Origin: a bacterium
GTDB lineage: Bacteria > Patescibacteriota > Microgenomatia > Daviesbacterales > UBA10151
Assembly: GCA_030647265.1 (NCBI GenBank)
Contig: JAUSJM010000029.1
Coordinates: 1 to 57,679 of the forward strand
Length of the DNA: 57,679 nt
Direction: 5' to 3'
The notes below the pieces were generated by a model. That model did not search any database. It saw only the letters and a program-made list of their open reading frames with translations, and had not been told where the DNA came from. The position numbers and the translations under genes are program-made. Position 1 is the stretch's first letter; every line of letters begins with the position of its first letter. This document shows positions 1 to 8,756 of the stretch, in pieces.

Positions 1-176
1 CCATAATTTTGCAGGGGGTGAAAGTGGGTCGGGGAGCGGTAGTGGCAGCGGGAGCGGTGGTGACCAATGATGTACCTGAGTATGCCATTGTAGGAGGAGT
101 GCCAGCCCAGGTTATTGGTGAGAGAAAGTTAAAGGATTTACATTATAAATTAGGTCGAGCCAGATTGTTCCAATGA
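1..176 (+). CDS. hexapeptide-repeat (left-handed beta-helix) acetyltransferase, C-terminal fragment; 5' end lies outside the window
   Basis: The frame starting at nt 3 translates to ..[53 protein letters not shown]. The G/V/A hexad repeats followed by [17 protein letters not shown] are typical of the LbH acetyltransferase C-terminus. The TGA stop at 174-176 overlaps the next ATG (ATGA). Confidence 0.75.
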   Translation, partial: IILQGVKVGRGAVVAAGAVVTNDVPEYAIVGGVPAQVIGERKLKDLHYKLGRARLFQ

Positions 177-781
177 AAATATTTTTTTCAAGTGCTTTCT
201 TAAGGAGTAAGACGGGCAGGTTGCTGTCCGTGCTTTTTATACTGGGGTTAGTTTATTTAATTATCCCCGGTCCCGGATCTGTGGAAGATTTTACGCCCCT
301 GCCTAATTCTGTAAGATCGGATTTGGATGGAGATACCTGGCAAAATCCTAATATCGCTGCCTACTATGCTGATTTTAGACGGGATTACGTAACTAAATTT
401 TACAAAGATCAGTTTACTAGAATGCATCTTTTTGGATGGTTTTTACCGCCTCTGAAAATTAACCATCCTCCCGAGTATGCTCGCTCTTATGTTAGGGACC
501 AACAGGAGAGCACCTTTTTGGAAGAGTACACATACCCTTTAAGAGAATCAATTTTTGTCAACGGCTATGAACCACTGGTAGAAAATACCATGAATAAAAA
601 AGCACAGTTAGCAGGATTTGTAGGCAACCACATTTGGTATAAGGAGAATCCATATGAGTCTAAGGCCACTTTGAGATATTATCCTTCTTCTGTTGTGGCA
701 CGCACGATTGTTTATCTTTTGATTTGGCTCTCGGCCATCTGGTTTTGGAAACTTGCTCGGAGGTCTTGGAAGGAGAGGTAG
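173..781 (+). CDS. hypothetical membrane protein with N- and C-terminal hydrophobic helices
   Basis: 202-aa ORF, translationally coupled to the upstream gene through an ATGA overlap. Hydrophobic segments are [15 protein letters not shown] and [15 protein letters not shown] recognise no family motif. Confidence 0.55.
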   Translation: MKIFFSSAFLRSKTGRLLSVLFILGLVYLIIPGPGSVEDFTPLPNSVRSDLDGDTWQNPNIAAYYADFRRDYVTKFYKDQFTRMHLFGWFLPPLKINHPPEYARSYVRDQQESTFLEEYTYPLRESIFVNGYEPLVENTMNKKAQLAGFVGNHIWYKENPYESKATLRYYPSSVVARTIVYLLIWLSAIWFWKLARRSWKER

Positions 782-783
782 GT

Positions 784-2214
784 ATGTCGAAACTATATTC
801 AATTTGCCGGCAATATTATTTTATTCTGTTGATCATCCTGGCAGTATTTATCCCTCTTTATCCGAAGTTTCCTTTACTTAACGTTTCCGGAACTTATGTG
901 GCTATAAGGTTAGAAGATTTTTTGATTGGGGTGTTTTTCCTTCTCTGGTTTTTCTTGAATATCCCCCGCTTAAAGGTACTGCTTAAAGAGAACATTTACC
1001 TGGCATTTTTATTATTTTGGGCTATCGGTGGACTGTCTTTGCTCTCCGGGTTTTTGATAACCCATTCTCTGTCGCTTCATCTTGGTTTGCTGCACTGGTT
1101 CAGAAGGGTAGAGTATATGTCTTTATTTATCATGGCAGCTACCTCTTTATCTTCTTTGAAGCAAGTGAAGTGGTTTGTAACTACCTCCGTTTTTACCGCT
1201 TTAGCGGTTGTAGTGTATGGCTTTGGGCAGATTTGGCTGGACTTCCCGGTAATCTCCACTACCAACAAGGAATTTTCCAAAGGGTTAGTTTTATACCTTA
1301 CCAATGGAGCTAGAGTAAATTCCACCTTTGCTGGACATTATGATTTAGCGATCTACCTCTCGCTCGTCTTAGCTCTACTTGCCGGTATGTTTCTCTTTTA
1401 TCGGAAATTTATTTTCAGAACTCTTATTATTTTCTTCGGAGCCTTAAATTTTATTCTCTTGGGTTTTACCGCTTCTAGAATTTCTTTTGTTGCCGCGTTG
1501 GTAGGACTAGCGGGGGTTTTTTGGTTAAGTAAGAAAAAACTGGTGGTGATAGGGCTGATTTTTTCAGCTTTGTTGATTGTTGGCTTGGTACCTGATCTAA
1601 GGCACCGGTTAGTAGCCACGGTGACAGTTAACCTTATGGGAGGAGGAGGTCCTAAATATTCTCCGCCGCCTGGAACAGTAACGATTTTTACTCCCAAAAG
1701 CAGTTTACCTAAAGAGAGTTCTCCTGTCGCTTTGTTATCTGCTACAAAAAGTGGAGCCATTGCTGTAGACACTGTACCGGGCGAACCTATCAACACCACC
1801 GAGTTGGGAGTGTACCGCTCTTTTGGCATCAGGCTGAACGTGGAATGGCCGAGGGCCTGGGGGGCTTTCTTAAAAAATCCGCTCTTAGGAACTGGCTATT
1901 CATCGTTGACTATCGCCACGGACAACGATATTTTAAGATCTTTGGGCGAAGTTGGTCTTTGGGGAACTCTATCTTTAGGGCTAATCTTTTTTATTATCTC
2001 CAAGAAAATGCTTCTTGCTTTAAAGAAAGGAGTAAAAACAGAAAAAACCTTTGCCATAGTAATACTCTGCATGATAGTAGTGATGTTTATCTCTGCGACT
2101 TTTATTGATGTTTTGGAAGCTTCTAAAGTGGGGGAATTCTTCTGGCTTGTCTTAGGCGTTGGTTGGGCTGTGGTAACAAATTTTGGGAGAAGGTCAGATG
2201 ATGAGACTGTTTAA
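784..2214 (+). CDS. O-antigen ligase/polymerase-like (Wzy_C-type) polytopic membrane protein
   Basis: The ATG at 784 follows GGAGAGGTAGGT. The track ORF from 724 would overlap the previous gene. The protein has many TM helices and the TASRISFVAALVGLAG segment typical of Wzy_C proteins, plus a Gly/Pro-rich loop. Confidence 0.7.
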   Translation: MSKLYSICRQYYFILLIILAVFIPLYPKFPLLNVSGTYVAIRLEDFLIGVFFLLWFFLNIPRLKVLLKENIYLAFLLFWAIGGLSLLSGFLITHSLSLHLGLLHWFRRVEYMSLFIMAATSLSSLKQVKWFVTTSVFTALAVVVYGFGQIWLDFPVISTTNKEFSKGLVLYLTNGARVNSTFAGHYDLAIYLSLVLALLAGMFLFYRKFIFRTLIIFFGALNFILLGFTASRISFVAALVGLAGVFWLSKKKLVVIGLIFSALLIVGLVPDLRHRLVATVTVNLMGGGGPKYSPPPGTVTIFTPKSSLPKESSPVALLSATKSGAIAVDTVPGEPINTTELGVYRSFGIRLNVEWPRAWGAFLKNPLLGTGYSSLTIATDNDILRSLGEVGLWGTLSLGLIFFIISKKMLLALKKGVKTEKTFAIVILCMIVVMFISATFIDVLEASKVGEFFWLVLGVGWAVVTNFGRRSDDETV

Positions 2215-3700
2215 TATCTTTAAAAAAAACCTCAAAAGAGGAGAGTTTTATTTAGTGGTAATTCTGGCAGTGGGTTTTTTTGTGAGGTTGTACAAAATTG
2301 ACAACCCCATTGCTGACTGGCATTCCTGGAGGCAGGCAGATACAGCCTCGGTGGCAAGAAATTTTTACCAAGAAGGCTTTAATCCTTTTATACCTAAATA
2401 TGATGACTTAATCGGGACAGATAAAAATTATATTCCCAATAAGGAGAGATATAGACTTGTAGAGTTTCCCATTTATAATTCCCTGGTTTATTTTGCTTAC
2501 CTTCTAAAGGGAGGTGTGGATGAAAAACTGGCTCGCCTGGTTTCAGTGCTGATGTCACTAGGTTCTACTCTTTTCCTTTATCTAATAGTTAAAAGGTATT
2601 GGGGAGTTTTTACGGCACACCTTTCTGCCCTATTATTTGCCATTTTGCCCTTTAATATCTATTTTTCCCGGGTAACTTTACCAGAACCAACTCTAGTATT
2701 TTTTTGTTTAGGGATGGTCTATTTTACTGATCTCTGGATCAGTAAAAATAACCGAAAGTTATATTTTGTGAGCATTTTCTTTACTGCCATGGCTTTCTTA
2801 GTTAAGCCTACTGCTATCTTTTATTTTTTACCGCTGGTTTATTTATACTATCTTAAGGAAGGTAAGTGGTGGCCAATTCCACGCCGCTACCTTTTCTTTG
2901 CAACTTTAGCCTTTGCTCCTCTCTTACTTTGGAGAGTATGGATCAGCCGGTTTCCAGCTGGTATTCCTCCCTCCGGGTGGCTTCTGGATGGGGACAACAT
3001 CAGATTTAAACCTGCCTTTTGGAGGTGGATTATTGGAGAGAGATTAGGCAAGGAGATATTAGGAGCAGCTGGTATAGTGCTTTTCTCTTTAGGGGCTTTA
3101 ATTAAATCCTTGCCTTGGGAAGGAAAGTTTCTTCATTTATTACTTTTATCAATGCTGGCATATTTGATAGTTTTTGCCACCGGAAATATCAGGCATGATT
3201 ACTATCAAATACTGATTATCCCTATTTTGGCAGCTTTCACAGCCCGTGGATTCACCTTACTTTTTAAAGGAGCAGACAATTTACTGCCCCGTTTTTGGAC
3301 CATCCCCCTGGCCTTACTTCTTCTGTTTTTGACTCCTTATTTTGGATGGCAGGAGGTAAAAGGGCTATACCAGATAAATAACGGGGCTATTGTGGAAGCA
3401 GGGCAAGAAGCTAATAAAATCTTACCTAAACGTGCAGTGGTCTTGGCTCCTTATAACGGCGATACTGCTTTCCTTTATCAAATTAACAGATCGGGACTGG
3501 CGATGACAGTTTTGCCTATTGAGAAGCTAAAAGAAATTTTTGGTATTACGCACTTCGTTTCTGTAAATTATGACGACCGCACTAACTGGATAACGCGTCA
3601 TTATGAGGTTTTAGAAGCAAACCCAAGATTTGTGATTGTGGATTTAACTAAAGGTAAGCTCCTGGATAAAAATGTTCCCGACCCGGAACCGGAAAAATGA
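2198..3700 (+). CDS. GT39/GT83 (ArnT / PMT-like) polyprenyl-phosphate-sugar dependent glycosyltransferase
   Basis: ATGATG at 2198 is preceded by GGGAGAAGG. The N-terminal WHSWRQADTASVARNFYQEGFNPFIPKYDD motif and about 10 TM helices are typical of the ArnT/PMT_2 family. Confidence 0.75.
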   Translation: MMRLFNIFKKNLKRGEFYLVVILAVGFFVRLYKIDNPIADWHSWRQADTASVARNFYQEGFNPFIPKYDDLIGTDKNYIPNKERYRLVEFPIYNSLVYFAYLLKGGVDEKLARLVSVLMSLGSTLFLYLIVKRYWGVFTAHLSALLFAILPFNIYFSRVTLPEPTLVFFCLGMVYFTDLWISKNNRKLYFVSIFFTAMAFLVKPTAIFYFLPLVYLYYLKEGKWWPIPRRYLFFATLAFAPLLLWRVWISRFPAGIPPSGWLLDGDNIRFKPAFWRWIIGERLGKEILGAAGIVLFSLGALIKSLPWEGKFLHLLLLSMLAYLIVFATGNIRHDYYQILIIPILAAFTARGFTLLFKGADNLLPRFWTIPLALLLLFLTPYFGWQEVKGLYQINNGAIVEAGQEANKILPKRAVVLAPYNGDTAFLYQINRSGLAMTVLPIEKLKEIFGITHFVSVNYDDRTNWITRHYEVLEANPRFVIVDLTKGKLLDKNVPDPEPEK

Positions 3701-4893
3701 AAATTTTAATGTTAACTCCGTACCTACCTTACCCCCCTTCCTCCGGGGGTCAGATCCGTTCTTATAATCTAATCAAGCAGCTTTCAAAAGAACACCAAGT
3801 TACTTTGTATTCCTTAATAAAACATGACGAGGAAAGACAGTATATCCCCCAACTGGAGAAGTATTGTCAAAGGGTGAAGGTTTTTAAACGGGCGGAAAAA
3901 CCCTGGACACTGTCTAATATTTTAAAGACCGGTTTTAGTTTGTACCCTTTTGTGGTGATTAGGAATCTATCAAAAGAGGAAAAAAGAGATGTTACAGAAC
4001 TTTTAGCAAAAGAAAAATTTGACCTGATCCACGCGGAAACTTTTTATGTCTCTCCTCATATCCCCCAAACTACCGTACCAGTTGTTTTAGTAGACCAAAC
4101 AATTGAATATCAAGTTTACCAGCATTATGTGGAAAATTTTAGATGGTGGTTTTTAAAGCCACTCCTCTGGATTGATGTTTTAAAAGTTAAATATTGGGAA
4201 ACTTATTTTTGGAAAAAGGCAGCCCGGGTAGTAGCAGTTTCTGAGTCCGATGCAAAAAAGATGAAGGGTTTAGTCAAAGGGTTGGATGTGGCAGTGGTCC
4301 CCAATGGGGTGGGAGAGGACCTCATGGAAGAAACACCGCTGCATTACTCAAAAACTATCTTGTTTTTAGGAAACTATGACTGGATGCAAAACAATGAGGC
4401 AGCAAGGGTTTTAGCAAAAGAAGTTTTTCCTAAAATCCTGGAAAAGATGCCGGAAGTAAAACTTTTAATAGCCGGTCAACATACAGAAAAGGTGGCAGAT
4501 CTAAGGTCAAAAGATATCGAGCTTCGGGATTTAAAGATTGAGGATATTGAAGGGGTAAAAAAAGTTTGCCGGGAGTGTGGGGTTTTGGTGGCTCCCCTTT
4601 ATGGTCCGGGGGGAACAAGGTTGAAGATTTTGGGAGCTATGGCGGCTAAACTACCTGTAGTGACAACTCAGATAGGTATTGAAGGAATCGGGGCATCTAA
4701 CGGGGAGACAGTTTTGTATGGGGACACCCCTTCGGGACTGGCTGATTTGACGATAAAGCTGCTTCAAAATAGGCAACTGTATAAAAGTATTGCTCTGAGT
4801 GCGCGTAAACTTGTCGAAGAAACTTATTCCTATCCGGCAATTGCTGACAAGTTAGACGGGATTTATCAGCAGGTGAGGAATAAGCAAAGATGA
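3697..4893 (+). CDS. GT4-family glycosyltransferase (group 1)
   Basis: MKILMLTPYLPYPPSSGGQIRSYNL N-terminus and a C-terminal GPGGTRLKILGAMAAKLPVVTT (E/GxxxK-type GT-B motif). ATGA overlap with the upstream gene. Confidence 0.85.
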   Translation: MKILMLTPYLPYPPSSGGQIRSYNLIKQLSKEHQVTLYSLIKHDEERQYIPQLEKYCQRVKVFKRAEKPWTLSNILKTGFSLYPFVVIRNLSKEEKRDVTELLAKEKFDLIHAETFYVSPHIPQTTVPVVLVDQTIEYQVYQHYVENFRWWFLKPLLWIDVLKVKYWETYFWKKAARVVAVSESDAKKMKGLVKGLDVAVVPNGVGEDLMEETPLHYSKTILFLGNYDWMQNNEAARVLAKEVFPKILEKMPEVKLLIAGQHTEKVADLRSKDIELRDLKIEDIEGVKKVCRECGVLVAPLYGPGGTRLKILGAMAAKLPVVTTQIGIEGIGASNGETVLYGDTPSGLADLTIKLLQNRQLYKSIALSARKLVEETYSYPAIADKLDGIYQQVRNKQR

Positions 4894-6017
4894 GGATAGT
4901 AATTGACGCGCGATTTTGGTCGGAGTCAGGGGTGGGTCGGTATGTCAGAAACTTAATCTATGAACTACAAAGGCTGGATGACAAAAACGAATACCTGATC
5001 CTGCTTTTAAAAAAGGACTTTCAAGAAGTTGCCTTTAATAAAAATTTCCATAAGATTTTGGCTGATTTTAAATGGTATGGACTGGGTGAACAGGCAAGGT
5101 TACCGTTACTTTTGAGAAAATTGCAACCTGACTTAGTGCACTTTCCTCACTTTAATGTTCCTGTTTTTTATCACGGTAAGTATATTATTACTATTCACGA
5201 TCTAATCCACCAGCATTTTCAAATGAGAAGGGTCACAACTCACAATCCATTAGTTTATCAATTGAAAAAACTTAGTTATAAAAAAGTTTTTTCTCATGCT
5301 GTTTTAAAAGCTTTAAAAATTATTACTCCTTCGGATTTTGTTAAATCTCAGTTAGTTGGGGAGTGGAAGATAGGAAAAGAGGAGATTGTTGTGACCTATG
5401 AGGCAGTTGACAGAGCGATGGTCAATTTAAGCAAAGGATATAAAGTTTCAGATTTTTCCAAGTTATCCCAGAAATTTAAATTTTCCAACCCCTTTATTTT
5501 TTATGTAGGGAATGCTCATCCTCATAAAAATGTTCTCCAACTGATTAAGGCTTTTAAAATTTTAAAGGAAAGCTTTCCCAAGCTTTCCTTAGTCCTTTCT
5601 GGTCCGGATAACTATTTTTGGCAACAGGTAAAAAAAGAATCGTCTGGAAAAGATATAATTTTTACCGGACCAGTAACTGATAGAGAACTTATTGCTCTTT
5701 ATAAAAATGCCCAGGCTTTTGTGACTGCTTCTTTAGAAGAGGGATTTGGTATACCGATTTTAGAAGCCATGGCGTGTTCTTGTCCGGTGATATCCTCTAA
5801 TAGAGGATCTTTACCGGAAGTGGGAGGCCAGGCTGCTCTTTATTTTGATCCAGCTAACACGGAAGACGCAGTAAAAAAGATCAGCTCGATATTGGAAAAT
5901 CCTAAACTTAGAAAAGAACTGATTCAAAAAGGAAAAGAAAGGGTAACTCTCTTTAGCTGGAAAAAACTAGCTAAACAAACCTTAGAGATCTATCAAAAAG
6001 CCGGAGGAGGTTCTTAA
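4890..6017 (+). CDS. GT4-family glycosyltransferase
   Basis: EEGFGIPILEAMACSCPVISSNRGSLPEVGG is the EX7E-type GT4 signature. ATGA overlap with the upstream gene. Confidence 0.85.
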   Translation: MRIVIDARFWSESGVGRYVRNLIYELQRLDDKNEYLILLLKKDFQEVAFNKNFHKILADFKWYGLGEQARLPLLLRKLQPDLVHFPHFNVPVFYHGKYIITIHDLIHQHFQMRRVTTHNPLVYQLKKLSYKKVFSHAVLKALKIITPSDFVKSQLVGEWKIGKEEIVVTYEAVDRAMVNLSKGYKVSDFSKLSQKFKFSNPFIFYVGNAHPHKNVLQLIKAFKILKESFPKLSLVLSGPDNYFWQQVKKESSGKDIIFTGPVTDRELIALYKNAQAFVTASLEEGFGIPILEAMACSCPVISSNRGSLPEVGGQAALYFDPANTEDAVKKISSILENPKLRKELIQKGKERVTLFSWKKLAKQTLEIYQKAGGGS

Positions 6018-6925
6018 CTGTTTTTTTCAGCTGCCCGAAGTTTGCTGCTTCTAGCTCGGGGGTTTTGATTAATCTCTTCCTCTGTGGGAACAAGAGGCTT
6101 ATGAGTAAGAATAGTGATCGAACTCTTTTGTTGTTCATATTTAAAGAAATTCTTCACAATCCGATCCTCCAGTGAATGAAAACTTACCGCGATCAGTCTT
6201 CCTCCCGGGCGTAGAACTTCTACTGCTTGAGGTAATGCTTCCCGAAGGTTATTTAGTTCATCATTGACAGCAATTCTTAGGGCTTGGAAAACCAGGGTTG
6301 CCGGGTGGATACTATTATGAGTTCGGTATTTTACAGAAGAGATGATTTGGGAAAGTTGGTTGGTAGTGGTAATCTTTTTTCTTTCTCTCTCCTCAACTAT
6401 TTTTTTGGCAATGGCTTTAGCAAAAGGCTCTTCCCCATACTTTAAGAAGAGCTCTGCCATTTCTTTTTCATGAAGACCGTTGACCAGGTCTGCTGCTGTC
6501 ACTTTCATTTCCGGACTCATCCTCATGTCTAAAGGAGCCTCTTTGCTGAAACTGAAGCCGCGGTTGGTCTCATCAAACTGATGGGAAGAAACTCCTAAAT
6601 CAAAAAATATGCCATAAATTTCAGTTTTGGAAAACATGCCGACAATCTCTTTAAGATGGGTAAAATTATCCTGGTAAAGAATCAGATTTTCTGAAACCAC
6701 CTGCAGATGGTCTTCCTTGTTGGTAACCTGAAGATTATATTTTTTAGCTACCTTAGAGATAGCTTCAGGATCCTGATCTATTCCTAAAACATTTCCACCT
6801 CTCTTTAAGATCTCCTCAGTATGCCCTCCTCCTCCCAGAGTACAGTCTATATACCAGGAACCTTTCCTGACATTAAGATATTCGAAAACTTCCTTAAGCA
6901 TTACCGGAATGTGATATTGGTCCAT
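6014..6925 (-). CDS. rsmH: 16S rRNA (cytosine1402-N4)-methyltransferase RsmH (MraW)
   Basis: MDQYHIPVMLKEV..DCTLGGGGHTE..FDLGVSSHQFD..HSLEDRIVK are RsmH hallmarks. I prefer the ATG at 6925 over the TTG at 6940 in the track ORF. Confidence 0.9.
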   Translation of the reverse strand: MDQYHIPVMLKEVFEYLNVRKGSWYIDCTLGGGGHTEEILKRGGNVLGIDQDPEAISKVAKKYNLQVTNKEDHLQVVSENLILYQDNFTHLKEIVGMFSKTEIYGIFFDLGVSSHQFDETNRGFSFSKEAPLDMRMSPEMKVTAADLVNGLHEKEMAELFLKYGEEPFAKAIAKKIVEERERKKITTTNQLSQIISSVKYRTHNSIHPATLVFQALRIAVNDELNNLREALPQAVEVLRPGGRLIAVSFHSLEDRIVKNFFKYEQQKSSITILTHKPLVPTEEEINQNPRARSSKLRAAEKNS

Positions 6926-6931
6926 GAGAGT

Positions 6932-6941
6932 ATTGTACAAT
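6932..6941. promoter_or_regulatory. palindromic ATTGTACAAT giving a TACAAT -10 hexamer on both strands, for rsmH and the divergent GT4 gene
   Basis: The rsmH ATG (6925) and the GT4 ATG (6949) are separated by only 23 nt. TACAAT reads at 6936-6941 on the + strand, 7 nt before ATG 6949. It reads at 6937-6932 on the - strand, 6 nt before ATG 6925. Confidence 0.4.
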
Positions 6942-6948
6942 GTAAGGG

Positions 6949-8010
6949 ATGAAAATTGCTCTTGTTCATGATGATTTAGTGCAGTGGGGAGGGGCAGAGA
7001 GGATGCTGTCAGCCTTATCAGAGACTTTTCCCGAAGCTCCTATTTATACTTTAGTTTATGATGAAAAGAATCCTTTTCTAAAGGATCAGTTTAAGAATAA
7101 AAAAATCATCACTTCTTTTCTACAAAAGATTCCCGGTTGGAGAAGCTTTTTTAAAGTCATATTACCCCTCCATCCTTTAGCTTTTGAGCAGTTTGATTTT
7201 TCTGAGTTTGATGTAGTGATTTCCCAAACGACCCGTTTTGCCAAATCCATCCTAACCAAACCCCAAACAAAGCATATCTGTTATTGCCACACACCCCCCA
7301 GATTTTTATGGAATTTCTCAGGTGAAAGAGCCCCAACACTTTTCAGTCCCTATTTTAACTTCTTGAGAAGGTATGATTATCTATGCAGCAGAAGAGTGGA
7401 TCTTTGGGTAGCAGGCTCAAAAAATGCCCAGCAAAGGCTCAAGAAAGTTTATGGGGTTGAGTCCTCCGTCATTTATCCTTTTGCAGATTTGGGAAATTTT
7501 AACGATTTGAAAACATTTGACGGAGGGTATCTGCTGGCTATCTCCAGGCTTATTAGTTACAAGAGGGTGGATTTGGCAGTGAGAGTGGCAAATAAGATGA
7601 GAATTCCTTTAAAGGTAGTGGGAGCGGGTTCGGAACTCGGAGCTTTGCAAAAGATTGCCGGGCCGACGGTGGAATTTTTGGGGCAGGTGGATGAGAAAAC
7701 GAAACTGTTACTCCTTTCCGGGTGCAAGGCGCTGGTAGTGGGTGGAGAGGAAGATTTCGGTCTGACTCCACTTGAGGCTCAAGCCTGCGGAAAACCTGTG
7801 GTAGCTTATGGAGAAGGCGGAGCTTTGGAAAGCGTTATTGGAGGAGAAACGGGATATTTATTTCAGCATCAGACTGTAGAATCTTTAATCTCGGCCTTGG
7901 AGACTCTAGACAAAAGAGGGTATAATGAGTTGAAGTGTCGGACCGAGGTAGGGAAATTCTCCCGCCAGAACTTTTCCAGACGCTTTCAGGAAATAGTTAA
8001 TTCTTTATGA
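6949..8010 (+). CDS. GT4-family glycosyltransferase
   Basis: MKIALVHDDLVQWGGAERML N-terminus and EEDFGLTPLEAQACGKPVVAYGEGGALESV C-terminal GT4 motif. Confidence 0.8.
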   Translation: MKIALVHDDLVQWGGAERMLSALSETFPEAPIYTLVYDEKNPFLKDQFKNKKIITSFLQKIPGWRSFFKVILPLHPLAFEQFDFSEFDVVISQTTRFAKSILTKPQTKHICYCHTPPRFLWNFSGERAPTLFSPYFNFLRRYDYLCSRRVDLWVAGSKNAQQRLKKVYGVESSVIYPFADLGNFNDLKTFDGGYLLAISRLISYKRVDLAVRVANKMRIPLKVVGAGSELGALQKIAGPTVEFLGQVDEKTKLLLLSGCKALVVGGEEDFGLTPLEAQACGKPVVAYGEGGALESVIGGETGYLFQHQTVESLISALETLDKRGYNELKCRTEVGKFSRQNFSRRFQEIVNSL

Positions 8011-8753
8011 CAGTTACAACCCAAGATCAGAGTCTAGCCTTAGAGAACCAAGCTTTGGGCTTAGAATCAACGATCACTCTAGCTCCTCCCAGGAGTGAAT
8101 TTTTTCTAATAAGCTATAACTTTCTAAAAAGGGTGTTGGATATCCTGGGGTCTGGGGTAGGAATAGTACTTCTCTCTCCTATAATGATCCTCACAGCGCT
8201 ACTTATAAAACTTGATTCTCCAGGGCCTATTTTGGCAGACATCCCTACCCGGGTGGGTAGGGGAGGGAAGCCTTTTAGAATGTATAAATTCAGATCGATG
8301 TTTGTGGGGGCGCACGAGATGCTCCATAAGGATCCCAAATATAAGGACTTGTTAAGAAAGTACCAACAGAACAGCTACAAGTTGAGTATAGATGAGGACC
8401 CCCGTGTCACCCAGGTTGGGAAATTTATTAGGAAAAGCTCCATTGACGAGTTGCCGCAATTATTTAATATCTTTAAAGGTGAGATGAGTCTTGTTGGGCC
8501 TAGGGCTTATTACCCTTTTGAGTTGGAAGAACAACAATCAAAGTATCCGAAGTCACGGGAATTTGTTAAAATTATTTTATCTTCCAAACCGGGACTGACG
8601 GGCGTGTGGCAGACCTCAGGGAGGTCGGAGATCAACTTTGACAAGAGGGTAGAGATGGATGCCCGTTATATTTTAAGAAGGTCAATATTTTATGACCTGT
8701 GGATCCTTTTAAGTACAATACCTGCGGTTTTATTGGGCAGGGGAGCAGTCTAG
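8007..8753 (+). CDS. polyprenyl-phosphate sugar phosphotransferase (bacterial sugar transferase family, WbaP/EpsL-like initiating enzyme)
   Basis: KRVLDILGS..LDSPGPILA..GKPFRMYKFRSM..DELPQLFNIFKGEMSLVGPR..PGLTGVWQTSGRS are all canonical motifs of this family. Confidence 0.88.
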   Translation: MTVTTQDQSLALENQALGLESTITLAPPRSEFFLISYNFLKRVLDILGSGVGIVLLSPIMILTALLIKLDSPGPILADIPTRVGRGGKPFRMYKFRSMFVGAHEMLHKDPKYKDLLRKYQQNSYKLSIDEDPRVTQVGKFIRKSSIDELPQLFNIFKGEMSLVGPRAYYPFELEEQQSKYPKSREFVKIILSSKPGLTGVWQTSGRSEINFDKRVEMDARYILRRSIFYDLWILLSTIPAVLLGRGAV

Positions 8754-8756
8754 AAG

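Noticed and set aside
724-783. N-terminal extension of the Wzy_C-like ORF (the track ORF starts at 724)
   Set aside because: The extension overlaps the previous gene by 58 nt and encodes no hydrophobic or conserved sequence. The ATG at 784 has a strong SD-like GGAGAGG upstream.
1398-1829. 143-aa minus-strand ORF inside the Wzy_C-like gene
   Set aside because: It is antisense to a polytopic membrane-protein gene. Its translation is Pro/Gly/Thr-rich noise that mirrors the Gly/Pro-rich loop on the sense strand.
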